This document shows, piece by piece, positions 39,441 through 64,000 of a DNA stretch of 64,000 bases. The stretch spans positions 3,720,001 through 3,784,000 of the forward strand of contig CM074511.1 in assembly GCA_037379345.1 (NCBI GenBank), read 5' to 3'. The position numbers and the translations under genes are program-made. This DNA comes from Perna viridis. Its lineage: Eukaryota. Under the pieces are notes generated by a model. It was not told the origin of the DNA and did no database searches. It saw only the letters and a list, made by a program, of their open reading frames with translations. Position 1 is the stretch's first letter, and the number at the start of each line of letters is the position of its first letter.

Positions 39441-39562
39441 GAGCCTGGCTTTCGATGAGACAACAGTTTCCTGGTGTTCCAATTAAAGGGTGTGTGTTCC
39501 ATTGGAATCGAGCTGTTTGGCGTCATGTTCAACAATGTGGTCTTGTAGCAACTTACCGTAGG
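39441..39562 (+). pseudogene. MULE/MuDR transposase fragment
   Basis: FPGVPIKGCVFHWNRAVWRHVQQCGLVATY matches the MULE FP..GCxFH..A.WR...GL...Y motif; acceptor-like TTTTGTATAG before it; TIR-like GGCGAA repeats at 39705-39753. Confidence 0.8.
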
Positions 39563-39854
39563 CATCAGACATTGATATTAAGGCTAAAAACCACTAATTC
39601 CACTTCCCATAGGCTTGCATGCTATTTTCACAATATTCAATGTATATCTATTAACTAAAACGTAAATGACGAGTTGCAAATGACAAAATGACAACGAAAA
39701 CGTAGGGGAAACGACCCGAGGCGAACAGGAAAATAGGCGAAAGGACCCCGATTCGATTAATCCACACGCAAGTCTGCATTGGACCTCACTTGCTCATTCG
39801 TTTCCGATTCGTTTATCGTGTGAACGCATACGAAAATATGACAATGAACACTTC

Positions 39855-39920
39855 ATTCCAGGAAATTTAAAAACAGGAAGTATCGTTCAAATCTCGTTTG
39901 CGTGACGTGTCCTTTCAACC
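39855..39920 (+). promoter_or_regulatory. Sec61a proximal promoter: ETS-like CAGGAAGT (about 39873) and UPRE/CREB3-like TGACGTGT (39903)
   Basis: Motifs lie 100-140 bp upstream of the ATG in a CpG-richer stretch. Confidence 0.5.
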
Positions 39921-40012
39921 CGAGGTCTTCTACTTGCTGCCGGCTTTCAGAAACAAGAGCAACTATTGTGACAAGATAACATTATTTAAGAGTTGGAAGT
40001 CACAAAAAGAAC

Positions 40013-49073
<9,061 letters not shown>

Positions 49074-49494
49074 AAACAATTTAAGAAACAATTTCATCTG
49101 TCATGTACATAGTTTTATACATGTTGTCATTAGTTATGTCCACCAAGCTAGTCTTTTGATCTGATGATATTGTTGAGCTAATGTAGAGAATGAAAATCAT
49201 GTCTTCTTAAATTGTCAGTATTGCTGAGATTCCCACCAGTGTTTAGCCAGTACTGAGTCCAAAATGTTCAACAATTGTCTGTTGATTTACTTATTTCAAA
49301 GTTTGGATATGAATTTGTTTTTATTTATTCATTGTTATTGAGAGATTACTAATGTGGTCATAATTGTAAAGAAGAGAAACTGTGTAAAAGTCAGCTTTAA
49401 TGTCACAAGTGTTCACAGATATTAGTGATAACATGCTGGTATGAGAGAGGTTGTGGTACATATCTGTTTAAGTACTTTGTTCTCAAACAGCTAA

Positions 49495-49517
49495 AATAAA
49501 ATTTCTTTAATAATAAA
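49495..49517 (+). terminator. Candidate Sec61a poly(A) signals
   Basis: AATAAA at 49495 and 49512, followed by T/GT-rich sequence. Confidence 0.55.
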
Positions 49518-49879
49518 CATGTCTTGTTACATTATTATTGAGTTTTTTATCCCTCATTTCTTCATGTGTACCATCCTTAAAATATTGCAGATTAAAGCTC
49601 ATGTGATTGCAGTAATGATGTAATATTTTGTATTGTATTGAAAGTCCTATTTAAAGAAAAATGTACATGAAATTGGTGCATGGTTTTACATAGACACTTA
49701 ATAATGTGTTCAATAAATACTGTTGGTTAACATACAGACAACGGTATGACTAATTGAATTAAGAAGTTCTGTACTAAAGTACTCTATTCTATGTTTTCTG
49801 GTATGGATTTTGAACTAGCTTACAGAAAAAGCACTTACTCTTACGAGGTAGATACAGCTTGTTGTCTTTTTTCAAGTGT

Positions 49880-50062
49880 TTGTATTCTGTTTAGGAGTTA
49901 AATCCAAATTTGACAGATTTTTATAGTTTTTGTATTTTAACACCACTGTCCCAGGTATGGGGAGGGTTGAGCGCTCACAAACATGTTTAACCCAGCCACA
50001 TACCGGTACTTTATGTGCCTGTCCCAAGTTAGGAGCTTGTAATTCAGTGGTTGTTGTTTTTG
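49880..50062. repeat. Fragment of a common bivalve interspersed repeat
   Basis: TGTGCCTGTCCCAAGTTAGGAGCTTGTAATTCAGTGGTTGT motif, recognised from memory of mussel repeats; a related-family piece probably at about 50515-50660. Confidence 0.5.
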
Positions 50063-50875
50063 TTTCGCCTGCGACGAAAGTTGTGGAAGGAAACACATAG
50101 ATTTTTCTTTCCTGGTGGTGGCAGCGGCGCCCTCAAACATAATGTTAAGTTTTCTGATAAGTTCATTTCAACATGAACCCCTTATGTTAGGTCAATGGTA
50201 TTTGGTGTACAGGTGCATTACCATCAAAGCATCACAAATTCATGTCAATTTTAGGCATATATCCCTGCAGTATGGTGCATTTTGTAGTGGTAACACAAAA
50301 AAAAATTATTTCATATTATACAAAATATGAAAACACAAAAAATAATATATAACAAACACAATTATTGACAATATATATATATATTGACAATATGGAACAG
50401 GTGAGACTTATTTCTGTGATAACATCTTTATATAATATTCATTGTTATTAGTATAATGTTTTTTTCTATAGATTAGGATGATTTTCATCTTTTATGCATA
50501 GTTTCACTTCATTTATTTTGGGGCCTTTTACAGCTTACATTATGGTATGGGTTTTGCCTATCAATGAAGACTGTGGTGACCTGTAGAAGTTTAAATTGTT
50601 TGTTGCCAGTCTTTTGGTGCATAACTGTCTAAGTGAAAATCATGCCACATCTATTTTATATTCAAGACCCTTGTTGTTGATACCTTAATCAAATACAATA
50701 ACTAATATGGAGATCATATAGGAATAATTTTATCTCGATGAACACAAGCACTGAAGCTTGAAAATACTTCCATCTTACTTCATAAGATCTTGCTGTTTTT
50801 ATTATGTGACTGTGTCTCAATACTTTTTGGTGGCACAAAAACTTACTTTTTTTGTTCCAGAGTTGTGGGATTTAA

Positions 50876-51604
50876 AGCTGCATTAGCTGCCAAATTTGTT
50901 CAGTTTTGAGTCTACTGAATTTTGCTGATTCAATGAAACAAGTTTGTAGTAATGCAATTGAAGCAATAAATGTCGATAATACCTACAGAATATTGTGGCA
51001 ACAACGGTTTTTTAATCAGAGAAGATCGATAGCTCTGATCTAATTATTTGCCATTACTTCCGAAGGTTGCTGACAGGATATTCACCTGGGTTAAAAATAC
51101 TTTAACCTTTGTAAAAAAATGACAATAAGGAATACACAGGTTAGCACATGTCTCGTTTTCATTTCATTTCATCTACTTCTGGACTAGTTTTCAAATAAAT
51201 AATGACCATATTTGAGCCACATTATATCACAATAGGTAAATTTCAAAAGGATCCTTGCTTTATATTCGAACTTTTTTCTTTTACAGCTTGAGTCCGTCGT
51301 TCTTCCTTACCACTGAATAACCACTTTCGCTATGCAATCAGATTTGTTATTAAAGAAGCGACCTTTACAGCATATGCGTGGATTAAGGTCACCAGAAGTC
51401 ACATGCATACAAATTTATCTAGGTTGATTCTTTGTCTTGCAAGACAATAAATATATAGACACCCCATTTCATGTATTTAATGCATTTTATTTGTGAATAT
51501 CAAATGAAGTTATACAGGAAAAGTACAATTTAGTAGAAATAATTCAGAGTTAATGTATATTTCAACAGAAACAAAAATTTATGAAAATGACGGCTAATGC
51601 AGCT
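50876..51604. mobile_element. TTAA-flanked MITE (Kolobok-like termini), copy 1
   Basis: TTAA|AGCTGCATTAGCTG ... CGGCTAATGCAGCT|TTAA; closely similar to 55090-55787. Confidence 0.85.
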
Positions 51605-52258
51605 TTAATTAACATCAATACAAGTAGTTAGGATATCTTAGCATGTTGTATCATATCTTAAGATTTTTTTGTTTCACTTTTTACAGTTAACTGTTGTAAA
51701 CTTGGTATACTTTGTTGAGAAACTCCATGTTGCACATGTCATCCATGGAGCTGAAGAACTTGCTGGTAAATAATTATTTTGTAAAGGTAACCACTATCAA
51801 CAGTCCTATAAATAGTTACAAAGCCTCCAACACTCTGGGTTAGAGCAGGGCCCTATTAAAGCTTAAGAAATTAATGAATATTCCCATTCCTACATGGAAT
51901 AAAAGTATTTTGCCTCTTGGCATAGTCCTGAATTGGCAGTCATAAAAAATTTCCTATTATTATTCCCATTAAAAAAAGCCTACTTGGATAATTCACTGTA
52001 AACTTCACCTGATGATACAAAAAGCAGAATGTAAAATATATAGTTTTTATGTTGATGAATCACATGATACAAAACAAATGGATTATGTACATTAATTCAT
52101 AACAAAATACAAAGCAGAACACATCTGTCAGATCTTCCACAGTTCATTCAACTCAAGTACTAAAATACCGGTCAGAATTTATGTTGGGTTGCTGGTTTGA
52201 ACCAGAAAATATGTGGCAGTACTGAAACCATTGATTTATAAAAAATATAATAAAAAAG

Positions 52259-52264
52259 TTTATT
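52259..52264 (-). terminator. Candidate RuvBL1 poly(A) signal
   Basis: AATAAA on the - strand about 150 bp after the stop codon. Confidence 0.5.
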
Positions 52265-52411
52265 TTGGTTGGATATGTCAAACTTATGTGGTGTTGAAAT
52301 AAAGACTATTTCTCTATTGGTTAACTCCAATAACTATATGTGCACCAGTTGCAACAAGATCTCGCCACATGTCATTTGTCCACAAAGATGTCAAAGTTTG
52401 GTTTGTTCACA

Positions 52412-60397
<7,986 letters not shown>

Positions 60398-62949
60398 TTA
60401 TTTAGTCATTCAAAATCAATTCAAATAAAAAAATCATTATTGTAGTTGAATTTGTCTAAAGTTTTCTTAAAGTAAATCTAAATGAGATTCAAATCATATC
60501 TACTATTACATAATTTAAGTCTTTTCCACATGGTATTGGAAAGACTTTATTGTTTTTCTTATGTTTACTTCATTTCTTCTAACATTTACTTGGGTCTCAC
60601 TAACCACTTCTAACGTTTCCATTACTTTACATGTTAAAAAAGTAATTTTCAAAGTCTCACTGTGAATTCCCAGGACAAATGACATCTTAAAGTTGCATAC
60701 CGTTGCGAAGCTTGGAAAATAAGGCTTCCAAAATCATTATGCTAATGGTACCATGATTGTAGAAATTCTTCACAAAATTTACTTGAATAAATAATACTGA
60801 AAATCCATATTTTTACCTGTTCTGCTTACTGACAGCATGGAGGCAAATTACTCACACATGTAAACAATATTCATACACTTTTGTAGTTAATTACATATAT
60901 GATTTTAAAGTACACATTCTGAGCTTTATTTTGACTACTTTTAATCATAATACACACAAATAATGCACTTACAATGCGTATGTCTAGGTTTAGTGTGTTT
61001 TTGGTACTACATAGGGGAGCGGCCATTTGACCCGGAAGTGGTTAGTGAGACCTTGGACAGGACTATCACTTGTTGTTCTTTCAAGATAGCATCACAAAAT
61101 TTTGATGATATCTTGAATGACAAGTGATACTATATACTTTTACAGGATGACCATGTTAGGGCTTTTATCATCTATTGTAGAAGTTATCTACCCATTACTG
61201 GCATTTTTTCAACAGGTCCCCTCTTAAGATATGTGCATACATGCAGTGTATAAAATTACTTTTGATGAGTTCTACATTATGAGCTTCTAAAGTTCCTATT
61301 TGCAGAACTGATATTGCATCATTTTATTTCAATTATGGTCATAAGATATACCATTTTGAAGCTCTACATGAATGAGCTTATTTCAAAAATCAAAAAGCAA
61401 ATATTCCATACTTGTATGAAGGGTAAGTTCAAAATATCATTGTTTTGTCCCCCCAAAAATGGGTTGGGTGGGGTTAATGAGTTGCAAAAAAATAAATATT
61501 TTATAACTCATTTGGTTAAGTTGTTGCATATCCAATGAACAGTTGTAATGTCAACAATATCAATTTCATCTTACTGAAAAAGATTTGGTCAGGGTAAATA
61601 AGTACAAAATGCTGAAGTTCATAGAAAATATAGTCATTTCATATTAAATGAAAGGTCATCAAACATACACTACAAATATCATACTGATAACTTTGACAAT
61701 TGTATTAGACAAAGTCCCGGGTAATCAAGTGCAAAAAAAAATTGTTGTAGGAGGGTAGCTTGTTACATATCAAAGGAAAGGTCTCAACATTTACAAAAAG
61801 TATTTCAAGGGAAAGACCTTTTCATATTGTTTTACAAACAACTGACAAACAAGTTATTATATAAATTATTAAGTTTTTTTTTGTTGTTGTTGATGTTGTT
61901 CCTTATTTGTTGACTATTTTGGAGGAGGGTCTTGAAAAATAATATTTTCTAGATTTTTTTTTACTAGGGAACCCTTTGTTTACATCTTAAAAGAGAATAT
62001 CAAAGCCACAATATGGGACATAAAAGACAATTCAGGCCATAAAAATATATCTGTTGAATTAAGTTACAAATTGAAAACAAAAATAAGGTCAGAAGGTATT
62101 ACTTCCACTTTATTTTTTTTTTTTTTTGGGGGGGGGGGGGAAACAAGTTTTACCTTTTACTTCAACCAAATCATCAGTCTTAGAGTAAAATTGTATGGTT
62201 TGCCTTCCCAAAGTACTGTTCCCTAAAATCTGTGTTTAATATAATTCTATTCAGAACTGTAGTAATAACAGTCTTGCTATGCAGTTAACACTTTTACCAA
62301 CATTTGTTAAACTTCGGCGCTTAAGTGCTGGTCAACATGGCATGTGCCATCTGACATTTTGTTTACAACAGGGTCACAAATACACTTTGACAAATATGAA
62401 AAGGTCCAGTTAGGCCAAATAACAAAATTTTACCTATTGTTCATGTTTCCTTTCTGAAAAAATGTGTTGGAAGGTTAAGATTTTATTTTATTTTATTCAC
62501 TTATTTTTTACCAAATTTCATAGAAAACAACTTCAAAAACATCATTTTTACCACTCGTACTATGTGGAAACCAAAAATTGACTACTGTCTGTAAAATATA
62601 AGGTTGTTTGCCTTGGTGGTACTTTTTGTCATCTGTTAACTTGAAAATAAGTCAAGTGGGGGGTCAAGGTATGGATCGGTTGGGTAACAGGAAACAGAGG
62701 TATAATTTTATTTGGCCTTAACTAAATTGCTCAAATGACTTAGCTCAGTTAAGACAAATGTATTTCTGTTTTAAAAAGAACTTACCTTTTTTTTTTTACT
62801 TTCATTTCACAAATAAAATGACTTAAGGTGGTCTTCAATCACTACTGTGCTCCTCAAGAGCACTTAATTGGTCAAATAAACTTCTATTCTTGGTGGGGAA
62901 AATAGGATTTGTGGGGAAACCATAAACAGTCATATTTTATTTAATGGTA

Positions 62950-63265
62950 TCGATTGATTAATTGATGATTGGGGTTTAATGCCCAAGCAGCAATATTTCA
63001 GCTATATTCAGGCAAAGAACAGGAAATGGATAATAAAATGAACATGAAATGATGATGATGAAATAAAAAATGGGATGAGACACAAGGATAATAGAATCGA
63101 CAAATTTAGATTGCCACAAGAAAAAGGGAGGGATGGGTAGGGTCGGGCAATTTAGCCTCCTGTGGCGGAGCCCTATGATTCCTACTCCAATCGAATACCA
63201 CAGCAGGGTTCTTTAACGTGCGAAGAACGTGGGATCTTTCCCAAAACGGTGCACCACTATAGTAT
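62950..63265 (-). mobile_element. Second copy (3' portion) of the 29106 retroposon
   Basis: Reverse-complement match from ATAGTGGTGCACC through GAATATAGCTGAAATATTGCTGC..TTAAACCCCAA. Confidence 0.88.
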
Positions 63266-63279
63266 CGAAAGTTGTTGTT

Positions 63280-63400
63280 CAGGGTTCGACATTAACGGTT
63301 GCCCGATTGCCCGAGGCAAGTAAATTGCCGGTCTGGGCAAGTAAAAACGACATCAAAGTTGCCCGACTGGGCAAGTGAAAAAAATATGTGCCCAAATTAC
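63280..63400. mobile_element. DNA transposon terminus (hAT-like CAGGG start) with TTGCCCG/GGGCAAGT subterminal repeats; probably extends past the window end
   Basis: CAGGGTTCGACATT followed by alternating TTGCCCG and GGCAAGT motifs; truncates the retroposon copy. Confidence 0.55.
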
Positions 63401-64000
63401 ATTATTTCTGATCATCGCAGCTCTAAAACATCGAAAATTACTTCTGTATAGTTCGCCGTTCTTCCCGACCTTGCTGACCTAGATTATCATTGGATAGTTT
63501 TCTGATTTTCCCTTTGCCAAAAATAGATCATATGATATTAATGTCGACCAATCGGATGCGTCCAATTGTACATCTATTTTCGTTATCCAATTGAACATCG
63601 CAATTTATTTATGGAATTTCTTACTTTGGAAAACTGTAAGAAATCTGTATCGAAAACTTCGAAAATATGAGAGAAAAAGAGAAATAAAATTCTATTGAAG
63701 ATAGTTATTGTTGTCCATTTGTTAAACTAAAGATGTGAAATAAAAACTCCTCACATGAATACTTGTAATTTCTTTGCTTCTTGTTTTACCCCTTATTCTT
63801 ACAGAATTCTCTGAAAATAGTATACTCAACAATGTTGATTGATCATGGTGTCTAACTCTATGTATCACTGTAATCGAATCTTAGAATGGTCAATTTATGT
63901 TAAACCACTGTCATCTGCATTATAGTTGAACAGTTTCTTGCCATCCACGTCTTATTAAACAAGGGTTTCTGGTTTAAACACTATATAGTGACACAAAGTT

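Overview
AT-rich, intron-containing animal genomic DNA; the repeat landscape looks bivalve (Mytilus-like, inferred). Almost all ORFs in the supplied track are noise or tandem-repeat artefacts. Three spliced genes were rebuilt by hand. (1) An 8-exon, 404-aa double-C2 synaptotagmin-like gene with no TM helix and an N-myristoylation motif (- strand, 18673-35038). (2) A complete 13-exon Sec61-alpha (+, 40013-49073, 476 aa). (3) RuvB-like 1/pontin exons 2-10 (-, 52412-60382; exon 1 not found and probably beyond the window). Sec61a and RuvBL1 are tail-to-tail, as SEC61A1/RUVBL1 are in human 3q21. The window also holds several minisatellites, MITE/Helentron/SINE-type elements and a MULE transposase relic. 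Best leads: a TSD-bounded non-autonomous retroposon whose 5' end is a multi-pseudoknot RNA rather than a tRNA head; dense GATA/E-box/RUNX clusters suggesting a regulatory block for a nearby GATA1/2/3 gene; Gln at Sec61a plug position 65 (Met in human, an inhibitor-resistance site); the lipid-anchored double-C2 protein; and a possibly decayed gene-dense element at about 2-13 kb.
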